NCBI GenBank assembly: GCA_010015805.1 | Contig: ML978124.1 | Coordinates: forward strand, 1,488,001-1,552,000 | DNA: 64,000 bases | Reading direction: 5' to 3' | Source: Rhizodiscina lignyota | Taxonomy: Eukaryota | Part shown: piece after piece, positions 10,796-22,451 of the stretch | Numbering within the stretch: the stretch's first letter is position 1 | How the letters are laid out: each line of letters opens with the position of its first letter | Notes under the pieces: generated by a model | The model's input: the letters and a program-made list of their open reading frames with translations, nothing else | Told to the model about the DNA's origin: nothing | The model's database searches: none | Translations under genes and position numbers: made by a program

Positions 10796-12123
10796 TTATG
10801 CAGACGTTGGAGGCTCAACGCTGCCGCTGCCCTCGGCAGTGGACGGGACACCATTCTCGCCCTCGGGGATGACATCCTCATCCTCCTTACCAGGGCTGTC
10901 GATGGCAACCTTGACAGCAATCTCGCGGCCCTCAATCTCCTTGCCGTTCATCTCGTCGCACGCCTTCTGCTGCATCTCTTCCGAAGCCAAGGTGACGAAG
11001 CCGAAGCCACGACCCTTGCGAGGCTCATTGCGGGCCTGGAGCTTCTTGACCATGAAACGGGGGATAGGTCGAAGAGCGATCTTGGCAGAGGCCGGGGAGT
11101 AGTCTTTGAAGATTTCCATGAGCTGCATAAAGGTAAGCAATCAGCACTACGATAGGGGCACCTGCCGCAACAAGCAACAGGGAAAAGAAAATGTGCGGAA
11201 ATGCACATACCTTCTCCTCACGAAGGTCGTATGGCAGGTTGGCGACCATGACCTTCGTCTTGGACGGAACACCGTCTTCGGGAGGACCACGCTGCTTGCG
11301 CTCCCTCGGTACTTGCGGCTTGGCCTTCTTCGGGTCAACGGTAGTGGTGCCCTCGGCCCCCTTCTCAGCGGTGAGTGCTTGATTGGTAGTCTCGGTAAGG
11401 GGTGCAACTTGGGCAGGTACGTTTGTTGGGGTGCCTTCAGCAGCTTCGGTCTCTGCTGTACCGTTCGCTCCATCCTTGTGAGGCGGTTAGCTATGAGTTC
11501 CAGTATGGAGCTTAATGCCAGTGACGTGTGACTTACAGCTCGGCCACCACGAGCAGCACGACCGCCGCGGCCACGGCCACGGCCACGGCCGCGACCAGAA
11601 CCACGGCGACGAGCCTCTCCTCCGCTTGTCGCCTCTCCACCGCTAGCGCCCTCGGCATGTGGCTCGGGCTTGCGAGCAAGCTGGATAGACACCTTGCGAT
11701 CGAGGATGTTCTGGCCATTCAAGGCGTTGATGGCACGCTCGGCCTCAGTTGGCGTAGAGAGATCCACGAAAGCGTAGCCGACTGGGCGGCTGGTGCGCGG
11801 GTTGACAGGAATGGAAACGGACTCGCTGACCCTTCAAGTATCAGAGCTTATGCCAGCGCAACATGCGACAAGAGAAACTCGCGCGAGTGGATGGTGTTGA
11901 TGCGGTGTTTGGGGGCGACTTACACAAGGTAATCCTTGAAGAATTCCTTCAACTCCCCCTCGGTGGTCGCGTACGCGAGGTTCCCGATGTAGAGCCTCCT
12001 GCCCTCGGCAGCGCTGGCGATGACAGCATCGTTCTGCGATGCGTCCTTGGCCTGGTCAGCAGCGCTGTTGTCGGCGACGGAGGTATTTGCCAGCTGGGCG
12101 GTGACACTCTCGACAGTGGACAT
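10796..12123 (-). CDS. RNA-binding protein, RRM-RGG-RRM architecture (Sbp1/Rnp24-like)
   Basis: RNP2 LYIGNL, RNP1 GYAFVDL, GRGRGRGRGRGGR box, second RRM (MVANLPY; GRGFGFVTL). Introns at about 11826-11923, 11475-11536 and 11123-11210. Confidence 0.9.
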
Positions 12124-12776
12124 GATTGCTTGTTGGTTGTTTTTAATTTGATGACACGAACGAAGTTGAAAGAAGTTAAAGTGACAAGGAAGTACTGTCA
12201 AAGACGTAGTACTTCAAGGGTCGTGTGAAACTTGAGGAAACCGTGGGTTGTCCTGGTGTTTTGGTCTTTTTGGATGTGCGAAAGGATTGCGACTTGTCGA
12301 AGACCGCCTGAGTGAAGGAACTGGTTGACGAGAGGGAGTTGAGAGTGGGTAGCTACGTGCCCGAGAAGCGTGAGATGGGTTTGACTTGAGAGTGGTTGAG
12401 TTGTGCTCTTTGAAATTGACTGGTGAGAGAGAGGAGAGAGTGGCAGCTGGGAGAGATTTAAATTTCGGTGGAGGCGCCTGCAGCGGCACGCTAGCCCCGA
12501 TGCGGCAAGGGCGCCTCATCGACCACAACGCTTGGAATCGCGCCTCCCACGCCCGTCCCTGCATTCCCTCCTTATAGCTGCCACTCTTGCGTATATCATT
12601 GGGCACACGCCGACCTGCAGAAGAAACCACCAGCCACTCCACTGCAAGCAACGCCCGCTGTCTCTCTCAAAACTCCGACAACACGTTGCCTGGCAGTGGC
12701 GAGCCACCGAGTCCAGCGCCCGCACCTGAAACTCGGGAAATTTTCACGTCCGTGAGCAGTTGCATCACGGCGTGTT

Positions 12777-14853
12777 ATGCTCCATCCGCAGGAAGAGCTC
12801 AGACACAGGACTGCTCTCATTTTGTATGGTACAGAGACTGGCAATGCCCAAGATGTAGCTGAAGAGCTGGGCCGTCTCGTGGAGAGGCTCCATTTCTCTG
12901 CTCGCGTGACCGAACTCGACGGTGTGACCCTTGTACGTAGATCATAAATAATGTAACTCGAATGGGCTTTCTCCTTTTACTGATTGGACCTCTCTTTCTC
13001 AGAAAGAGCTTCTTCAATATCAAGTTGTCATAATCGCCATTTCCACCACTGGCCAAGGCGACCTGCCAGCGAACGCTCTGTCTTTTTGGAAATCTCTGCG
13101 GAGCGCTCGTCTAAGGCCAGGATGCCTGCAACGAATGCAGTTTGTTTCCTTCGGTCTCGGCGACACCTCTTACCCTCAGTTGGTGTACCTCCTTCCACCT
13201 GTGAGTCTTGGTAATAATCGCCTTCAGATTCAATTTTGCGCACCGCAAACTGTACAATCGCCTCGTTCAACTGGGCGCCCACCCGCTGTACGAGCGTGGT
13301 GAATCCGACGAACAGCATCCAGAGGGTATCGATGGCACATTCCTTCCCTGGGCCTTGGGTCTTCGGCAGAGACTTGTCGATCTCTATCCTCTCCCTAATG
13401 GCTTCGAGCCGATACCTGACGATGTGCTGCTCGAGCCAAAGTGGAAGCTGGAACTGTCCAGTTCCGGAGCTATCCATCCTTCTTTGGTAAACGGTGCAGT
13501 TGCAGGAGCTGAGCCGGATGTAGAGCTTCCACCAGTCGATCTACTTCCAACCAAAGACACTATTACAGTGTCTGTTAATTCCAATACTAGGCTGACGACC
13601 TCCACCCATTGGCAAGATGTTCGGCATCTCACCTTGTCATCCCACCATGACCATCAATACATGCCTGGCGATACTTTGACCATCTATCCAAAGAACTTTC
13701 CCACAGACGTTGATGCCTTTCTCACGCTCACGAATTGGGAGAATATCGCAGATGCGCCGCTCAGCTTGTCCCCCAGTGCGCCGAATGCCGATCTTTCAGT
13801 ATATCCACCACATCCACTACGAATGTTTGACATTTCAGAAACCACGTTAACCATACGCTGGCTCTTCACCAACGTTCTCGATATCATGGCAATACCTCGA
13901 CGCTCTTTCTTCTCTCGCATCGCCCACTTCACGACTGATGAATTCCAGCGTGATAGACTCCTCGAATTCACAAATCCAGAGTACCTCGATGAGCTATTCG
14001 ACTACACGACTCGGCCTCGAAGATCGATCCTCGAGGTCTTACAAGAGTTCGACACGGTAAAGCTGCCACTGCAACACATCTTGGACATCATCCCTGTCAT
14101 GAGAGGAAGGCAGTTTAGTATTGCGAGCGGCGGCGCCCTGAAGCGGCCCTTGGCCTCAGAAGATGGCGTATATGGAACTAGGTTTGAGCTCTTGATCGCA
14201 ATTGTAAAATATCGCACCGTCATCAAGCGAATCAGGCAAGGGGTTTGCACACGTTACATAGCATCCCTCAAAGAAGGCCAGCAGATCTGCGTCAAGCTGC
14301 AGAAAGGCGGACTCGGCATCACAGAAAAAGATGCGCCGAGACCAGTTATCATGATTGGCCCCGGTACAGGCGTTGCACCCATGCGCGCTCTGATATATGA
14401 AAGGCAGACGTGGAACACTGTGGCTAGCGCCGAGGCCGGAAAAGACATCTTGTTCTTCGGTTGCAGGAATGAAAACCACGATTACTTCTTCCAAGACGAA
14501 TGGAAAGCCCTCGAGGATCGAGGCAAGTTGGAAGTGCACGCCGCCTTCTCCCGCGACCAGGTATCTTCCTCCCCCTGACGTTTTGCGTTTCCAAAAACTA
14601 ATACTTGTTGTTTCAGAGGCAGAAAGTATACGTTCAGGATCTCGTTCGCCAGAGCTCCCCGAAGATCTACGATGCGCTTCACAACCGATTAGGCATCGTG
14701 TACATCTGCGGATCTTCGGGCAAGATGCCGCAAGCTGTGCGGGAAGCGTTGATCGAAGCTTTCCAAAAGGAGGGCAGTGTGGAGAGAGCAGATGCGGAAG
14801 CGTATCTAATGGGGATGGAGAAGGAAGGGAGATATAAACAGGAGACTTGGTGA
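12777..14853 (+). CDS. TAH18: NADPH-dependent diflavin oxidoreductase 1 (cytosolic Fe-S assembly)
   Basis: Flavodoxin motifs LYGTETGNAQD, STTGQGD and FGLGD; FAD/NADPH motifs RQFSIAS, GVCTRY, IGPGTGVAPMR and LFFGCR; C-terminal RYKQETW. Three short introns. Confidence 0.93.
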
Positions 14854-15539
14854 TGCATTTATGACCGTGCAATTTGTACTTGAATATAGACATGTGCTCT
14901 CGATTGGAATGTATCCCACTGTTTTGTAGTTACTATTTAACTTACAGCTCGCATATAGAGATAGATCACTGCTTTAACATAGCGCAACCCTTCTTTCACT
15001 TTCTTCCACGGGGTTCACACTACGCTTCAAGGTCGGCCTCCTTACTTGGTTGTCGTTCTTCTGCGGAGCCCGGCCTATTTCCGTAGTTCGCTTTCTTCCA
15101 GCGAGCCCGTACCATACCCAGAGATTAGTCTATTTATTCGATCCACCTTCTTCGAGAGAGCTAGCACTATGTATAGATTATTGGCTTGTTTATTAGTAGC
15201 TATTCAGCTTCTACCCTTCGCATGGAGGTCGAGCTGCAGTGTAATTACCTTTGGACGTTCAACTTGCACATTATACCCGTAGACTCGGCTTCACCTCAAT
15301 TCAATACACTATACGTACACCTTACGAAACGACAGGTTCTTCAGCTGTTTCGAGTTTCCAGTATGACCCTGGATCGTTCGAAAATCCTTTACAAACTGTG
15401 TTCCTGCCTTTTCATGATACTGAGGCCTGAGCTTATAACAGGTCGCCATACGCTTCGAGTTGCCCACCATAGGTATCGCAAAATAATGAGGGTATAAAAG
15501 GTAGCCAAAAAAAATTGGCAAAAATGAAAAATGAAAAAA

Positions 15540-15668
15540 AAAAAGTGTTTGTCTATTACCGGGTTTGAACCCTAGACCTCCGGATTACCCGCGTTGCTCA
15601 AGCGCTACTAGAAGAGGTTAACGTGTAGATGTTCTTTTCAGATTAATATTGAAACGCACAAGATAGAC
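15540..15668 (-). pseudogene. Degenerate tRNA-like / SINE-like element (B-box plus oligo-T terminator)
   Basis: The minus strand reads AATCCGGAGGTCTAGGGTTCAAACCCGGTAATAGAC followed by a long T run, and an upstream GTCTAT could pair with ATAGAC. No recognisable D arm or anticodon arm. Confidence 0.35.
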
Positions 15669-16358
15669 TGGATTGCCCGAAGGCATTAGCTAGTAAAAGT
15701 TATTTTATATATATACACCTATCAAGACCTTAGTTCTGCAGTTGATTATGTTTGGAATCGGATACTAACAAACGTCCTGTGAGCTTAAGCAACACAGATA
15801 TGATCGCAATTCAAGCGCATTGAAATATACGTTTATAAGGCTTATTATTGCATTGATTGAAGCTGCTAAAGGCGCTAATAAGGCACCTTCTAGGGCCGTA
15901 TATATACAGAATCGTCCTCCTCAGAGTTTGTGAGCTAAGCCGGCTAGCACGGCACCCCCTATATCTGACACATCCCAAGAGCTCAAGGCACTGATCTCGG
16001 ATTTAGCCGATGCAACACGACCTCCATTTCCCCGTAGGGCGCTTCGGAGAGGATCAATACGGGTTGGAATGCACACGTATCCGCTCTGTTTGATTTCTCT
16101 TCCTCACTCAATCTCGCCGGCAGCTCCAATTCAATCATATGTGCTAATTTAACGAGGAAACCCTCACGCTGTGAGGCATCAAACCACCATTCTGTCATAT
16201 TGAAACCCTGGTGCTCTGTAACCAGTTCTTATATTTGAATGGACACTTTAGGGTTCTAAGTCTCATCTATCTAGGGAAGTCCAAAACATCGCTCATAAAA
16301 GCATCGCTAGTGGTGGAATCATACTCATGGCCGATGCTTGAACTCGAAAAGGTCCAGT

Positions 16359-18159
16359 CTATTGAGTCACCGCAAAGATTCTCACCTGGTATAGATGTTA
16401 GCACTGAACTGTGATAAAACTTGAGTAACATGGAGAGACAAACCCTCTTCTTGACCTTTTCCCTGCAGACCGGGCATCTGGCAACCGCTCCTCTTGCAGG
16501 TTGTGTCCAGTCATTCGCTCTTCCAGGGACAGCCATATCTGCACACCACCGACACATTGCGAGATGTCCGCACGGCAGGACAGCTGTGTCTGCCGTCTGC
16601 GTGTAGCAAACCTGGCAGCTCAATTTTACCATCATTGCTTCTTCGCTCTTTGGCTCTGGTCTGTCATCGCTCACGTCTAGGCCGATCGTCTGATCAGGCG
16701 GCGGGGCAAGGCGAGACTCACGGATACGGTCCCATGAGTTGATGGCGGATACCAGCGCTTCGGCTTCGGCTGTGGTGGAGCGCAAGTGCGAAATCAGGTA
16801 GCTCGCTGCGTCACGGTTTTCACTGGCCGGGGAGTCCAGGCGTGTGCGGATGTCGCTAAGGAGCGCATCGTGCATACTGCGAAGTGCGGAGCGAGAACTC
16901 GGTGGTGCTGTTGTTGGCTGTGCTGAGTCTGAAGCTGGGGCTGAAGTCGGCGGTGCTGCACCAGCGCCAGCGCTGAGTTGGCGGATGGCAGATAGTTCTG
17001 AACGGATGCGGGCAGAGTCACCAGATAGCTGGCGAATGACGGCTAATTGATCGCGCAATAGTTGTGAGTCTGGGTAGTCTGGTCTGCTGGGACGAGCATT
17101 GGAATCGCCAGTGGCAGCTTCGTTCCCCGGGGCAGTATATGTGAGAGTTCCTGGAACTTCGACGTTGGTGGGCACATCGGCTTGCTCGAGGTGTTCTCCC
17201 AGCGTTGCTGCAGCCTGCCTATCCTGTTCGGCTTGCCTGTACCGAGTGTATGCTCTCGCGAACATGCTTCCGATGGGGCTCTCGTAGGCATCGCCTTGTC
17301 GCTCAATCTCTTCTCTTGTGCCAAAGACGCGCGCGAAATTCTCCATACGCCGCTTGTCACGCTCAAGTCGCCTCAAACGTTCTTCTTTCGCTAGTACCTC
17401 ACCCTCCTTGGCCTCTAACTGGGCAGATAAGCTGTCTCGTTGTTCTCGGGCTCGAGTCAAGAAGACTCTTGCTTCAGCTATGCGCTCATTCAGGCGCTCT
17501 ACGTCAGACATGACCCGCGCTGGGTATTGCTCCCCAGGAGTGTCTGTATTTCGGGTGTTTGGGGTCGCATCGGGTCGCCGCGTTGATTGGGAGTCTTCGG
17601 CGTCGACAGCCTCGATGAGCTCGTCCAAGGTCTCCTCCAAAGAAGGCCCGTCGTTCATGGCGGCTTCCTCGACTGGCACTGGCTCGTTACTCCGCTGTGC
17701 ACTACCAGCATCAAAACCGAATCTGTCGCCTCTCAATTCGTTGAGACTCCTAGGCAGTGTTCCTGGCTCCGCATCCTTCAATGCCTCTCCCTGCAGCCGT
17801 ATTCTCTCTTCTTGCCCATCCGCTCTATGAACTACCTTGTAGCCACGATGCCACTCATACCAATGCTCCAACCATTCCTCCTGATTCGGATGATCAGGTA
17901 TTCGGGTTCTCGATATTTCAATTGCCGCATCCGCAATCCGATTATCCCAGAAGACTTTGCAGAACCAGCAGTATGACTGCCACCTCGTGCCACGAAAGAC
18001 AAAGCCGACACCATCAATGTAGACCCGGTAGCTGGAAGAGTGTGGCCTGCGATCTGCACAGGCACAGCAGAGAGGGGTCGAGGTGAGGCGGCATGAGGTT
18101 GGAAGCTTGTGAGCGCAGTATTCTGGCCTTATAGGGATATCGGCGGTTAGAGTGCCCAT
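16359..18159 (-). CDS. C-terminal RING finger (C3HC4_3 type) protein with a Cys-rich N-terminus and a coiled coil; probable E3 ligase
   Basis: CQVC...PCGHLAMCRWC...CPVCR, and N-terminal YCAH...CCAC...YCWFC. Intron 16386-16443 gives a last exon encoding VRIFAVTQ*. Confidence 0.85.
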
Positions 18160-18451
18160 GGTGATAGGTGTATGAGCTCCTGCTCGCTCCCGATTTGGAG
18201 AGAAGTTCAGAATGATGTTTGGATGAGAAAATTGCAGGACGACTTGCAACCAACGACCTCGATAAATCCAGGGAATAGGTCAGTGCACGTGGGAGCATGG
18301 GTCAAGGGATGAGCCGTGTTCAGCCCTACGATCTCAAAGCTCCCTGTTCGGAGGTGTTCCGTCACCACTGGTGCGAGGCTGTCTAGCCAAGCCTCCCCAA
18401 TTGCACCTCAATGAGTGTCACAGGATCTATATTCACAATAAATCCACTTTC

Positions 18452-19462
18452 ATGCTCTCTAGACTTCGGCTGATCACTCGACATCTCTCTGCTCCTCCCA
18501 GAGTCTCTGCTCCAATTCATCGCACAATGTCGAATTTCGTACTGCCTAATTCAGATCCTAAGTGCACTGTCAACCTAACGCAAGGCTTGACAAAAGATCA
18601 ACTCCTCACCTTCAGAGCATTTAAAGAATGGATCAATACACTTCAACAATCATTGTCAACGCAACAGTCCGAAAGCCACCCGTTTCATTCTTCTCCCTAC
18701 AAACTCCGCAAAATCGATATCCAGGCTGTTGACTTCTTCGGCGGCTCAAGGATTGGCTTCATTAAGTTAAAGGCGGAAGTATCAAATGATAATGGCGAGA
18801 AGCTGCCAGGAGCTGTGTTTCTGAGAGGCGGAAGTGTTGCCATGCTGGTCAGGCACTTTTGCAATGATAGTCCATGTTCTCCCCGACTGACTCAATATGT
18901 AGCTGATTTTGCAGCCTGATGACGTTACTTCAGATTCTGAAGATGATAAATATGCCATTCTTGCTGTTGTGAGTTTTTCACGCAGTGGATACACGAGTTG
19001 TACGGCTGCTAACTACAACAGCAACCAAGAATACCAGTAGGCTCCCTTGCCATGTCAGAGCTTCCAGCTGGTATGTTGGACGATTCCGGTACATTCGCTG
19101 GCGGTGCTGCCAAGGAGATTGAAGAAGAGACGGGCATGAGGGTGGCCGAATCAGACCTTCTTGACATGACGAAGCTGGCCTTTCCAGACTCGAAAGAGCT
19201 CACTGGCGAGAGTTTACAGGCTGCTATGTATCCGAGCCCCGGAGGGAGCGACGAATTTATTCCCCTGTTTCTCCACCAGAGAAGGGTGCCGAGGGCACAG
19301 CTAAAGGAATGGCAAGGGAAGTTGACGGGTTTAAGAGAGGAGGGCGAGAAGATTACCCTGAGGCTGGTGAAACTGCGGGACTTATGGAAAGTGACACGAG
19401 ATGGGAAGACTCTGGCAGCTATAGCGCTATATGAAGGATTGAGACGAGAAGGGAAAATATGA
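18452..19462 (+). CDS. Nudix hydrolase, ADP-sugar pyrophosphatase (plant NUDX14-like) family, with a possible mitochondrial presequence
   Basis: PGAVFLRGGSVAML, Nudix box ELPAGMLDDSGTFAGGAAKEIEEETG, YPSPGGSDEFI. Two short introns. Arg/Ser-rich N-terminus. Confidence 0.88.
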
Positions 19463-19652
19463 GATGGATTGACCGAGGCATTTCACAGCAGAACGATCCA
19501 AAGCTTGTTGCGCTATCAATTATTCACAGCCACATCAAAATCGCAAAATGAATATCTTAGGCACTCTGGCATTCTCACTATGTACATACCACAGAGCATT
19601 TTCATTCGTGCAACAGCGAGAAGAGTCCGACGATCGATTCTGCAACTAATCT

Positions 19653-19664
19653 TCCATTCGGCCG
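19653..19664 (+). promoter_or_regulatory. Carbon source-responsive element (Cat8/Sip4/FacB-type) upstream of SFC1
   Basis: TCCATTCGGCCG matches the YCCRTTNRNCCG consensus exactly. A near-match lies on the minus strand at about 19964-19975. Confidence 0.55.
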
Positions 19665-20439
19665 GGTGAAGCCGGAGCAGGGCTAGGGAGATGTCGCGGG
19701 GTTCGTTTTCCTCTCACATGCGAACCTCGTCTTGATAACGTCATCTCATAAAACATTGCATTCCAACATTTCAACGATCTACACACAAAGGGCTGTAAGA
19801 CCGTACTGTAAAGCACTGGCTCCCTCGACCAGAAGATCAATTAAAACTGGAAACCTCCATTTCTCCACCAGCGACGCATCAAGGTGCCAAAGGCGGGGAG
19901 GAGCCGAAACGCGTCGACGCGCCAAAGGGACCGAAAGCCAAACCACTTCCGCTCGTCCATTGCGGGACGAATGGGGTCGCGCCCTAGAAAGGCGAAAGAG
20001 CTACCTACCCCAGCTTGTTCCTGGCGAAAGTCAGCTGGGCCAGAGCAGCAGTTCTTGGGCTTAGCCTGTCATGTCTTTCCCGTAACCTTGGGGCGAGAGC
20101 AACTCACGCGTCATCCGAGGCACAAGTCGGCCGTTTCTCATACCTCGTCGATCTGGATTCGCCTATGAGGAAGCTTGCCGGCTGCTGATGGCGCCTGAGG
20201 TCATTTGTAGGTCTTGTGCGCGTTTTCGTCTTAAACTTTTTTTTCTCCTACTTTAATTCTTACGACTCTTTTTCTTCTGGTGTCCCCGTGGCATCTTTTG
20301 CGCCGGTGTCCATTCTTTGAGTCAGTGCAAGTATTCCCTGCCAGAACATTGCGAACACCATATTCGACACTTGGACTACAGCACTTGAGCTCTCCGCTGG
20401 AATCTTTAATTGACCTTTCTTTCTCGCTCCCATCTCACA

Positions 20440-21680
20440 ATGGCTCCAAGTACCACCAAAGGACCTGGTGGGAAGAAGCCTGCTTCTGCCGCAACCAATC
20501 TCATTGGTATGTGAACATTGACTCGGAGGATAGTCGATCCAATTTAACATATTTCTTCTGTGTAGCTGGAGGCGGCGCCGGTATGATGGAAGCTCTTGCG
20601 TGCCATCCATTAGGTATGTCTCGTTCTCACCTCAAGGAGAGATAAACCTGTGTTGACTCATCTGCCAGACACGATCAAAGTTCGAATGCAGTTGTCCCGG
20701 CGAGCGCGGCAACCAGGAGTACGTTTCCATTGAACTTAGCTCTGAGACGACGGGTGCTCGGAGCAATTAAGTCACAATCCGAGTGGCTAATGATAAATTG
20801 TGGTAGGCTAAGCGACGCGGATTCATCGCTACGGGCGCGGAAATTGTAAAACGAGAAACTCCTCTAGGTTTATACAAGGGTCTTGGAGCGGTCTTGACTG
20901 GCATTGTCCCCAAGATGGCGATTCGGTTTACGTCCTACGAGTGGTACAAGCAACTGCTGGCGAATGAAGACGGCGCAGTGAGCGGCGCAGGAACATTTCT
21001 CGGTACGTGACCCCATTCATGCGCTTGTAAGAGCACCATTGGCATTCTTCAATAATCCTGACAATCACTTTGCAGCTGGTCTGGCGGCTGGTGTGACAGA
21101 GGCAGTTGCCGTCGTGACACCCATGGAAGTGGTCAAGATTCGGTTACAAGCACAACATCACTCAATGGCCGATCCACTCGACGTCCCTAAATATCGCAAC
21201 GCTGCACACGCTGCCTATACTGTTATTCGGGAAGAAGGCTTCGGCGCGTTGTATCGCGGAGTTTCTCTCACTGCGTTACGGCAGGGCACGAACCAAGCCG
21301 CCAATTTCACCGCATACTCCTATCTCCGCACTGCACTGCAAGAATATCAGGGCATCAACGATCTCCCGTCCTGGCAAACATCGATAATAGGACTAATTTC
21401 CGGCGCCATGGGACCTTTCTCCAATGCACCCATTGACACAATCAAAACTCGCCTTCAGAAAACTCCGGCGGAGCCAGGTGATACAGCTCTCGGGAGAATA
21501 ACGAATATAGCAAAAGATATGTGGAAACAAGAAGGTGTGAGGAGTTTCTACAAGGGAATTACACCTCGTGTGGCAAGAGTGGCACCGGGCCAGGCGGTCA
21601 CGTTTGCGGTGTACGAGTATCTGAAAGGAGTGCTGGAAAAGGGCAGAGAAATGCTCCCCGGTGGACAGTACGAGGAATGA
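20440..21680 (+). CDS. SFC1: Mitochondrial succinate/fumarate carrier
   Basis: Three PX[DE]XX[KR]X[KR] repeats (HPLDTIKVR, TPMEVVKIR, APIDTIKTR) and the family signature HHSMADPLDVPKYRNAAHA. Four introns. Confidence 0.93.
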
Positions 21681-22451
21681 GCAGATGGAGCAAACCAAAG
21701 TGCAAAGTGGGACTGGAAGGACCTTGTGCGAAGACATACTTATTTGGAAGTCGACTGTCGCATTTGTGAAATTTACGAGGTGGACAGCATAGAGCGAAAG
21801 AGTCATCACTGACAGCATGGGCCCTTTGAAGTGGTGATGCCGACGGCCCGGCTGGCATTCGGGTTGCATTTCATCGCATTCCATGGTGTTTATCTAATTT
21901 CTTGCATATTATCCGTATGAGTAGTCGAGTCCTGAAGTGAGCATACTAAAAGCAAAAGCAGAGCAGCGATGAAAGTATGGTTCTGGTAGATAATACGTGT
22001 GTTTGATCTTGAATAAATTGTAACAGCACGACAGTTGCTCAATTCCGTCAAATTGAACATCATCTAAGCGGGCTCCAAGCACAACACAGCTGTAATTCAA
22101 CGGCCTTGGAGGTTTTGCTAGATCAGCGTCTTGCTAGCTCAGTGCTAAAGCATACGGCTTCTAGGCCCTTGGATTGGTTATAAATCTCGTTTATGTAGTA
22201 ATTGAGGAAATTCGTAAGTTGCACAGCACTCGAGCTGACTCCTGGTGCGGTCAAACCGTAGCTCAACCACCTGGGAGGGCTTGTTCGCATTTGCGTTCTC
22301 CACCCAACACCACAGAAATCTCAAATTGAACTCCATGTTACTGTCCACACACATGAGATAGTGACCTTCAGCTCCACCTCCTTTATCCCTGTGACAAAAG
22401 CGTTACACGTTACATCCGAATTAATGAAAGTCGTGAAAAGGCTCTCCAACT

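Noticed and set aside
15983..16198. 71-aa ORF downstream of the RING gene
   Set aside because: Short, no family recognised, and probably within the RING gene 3' UTR or intergenic DNA.
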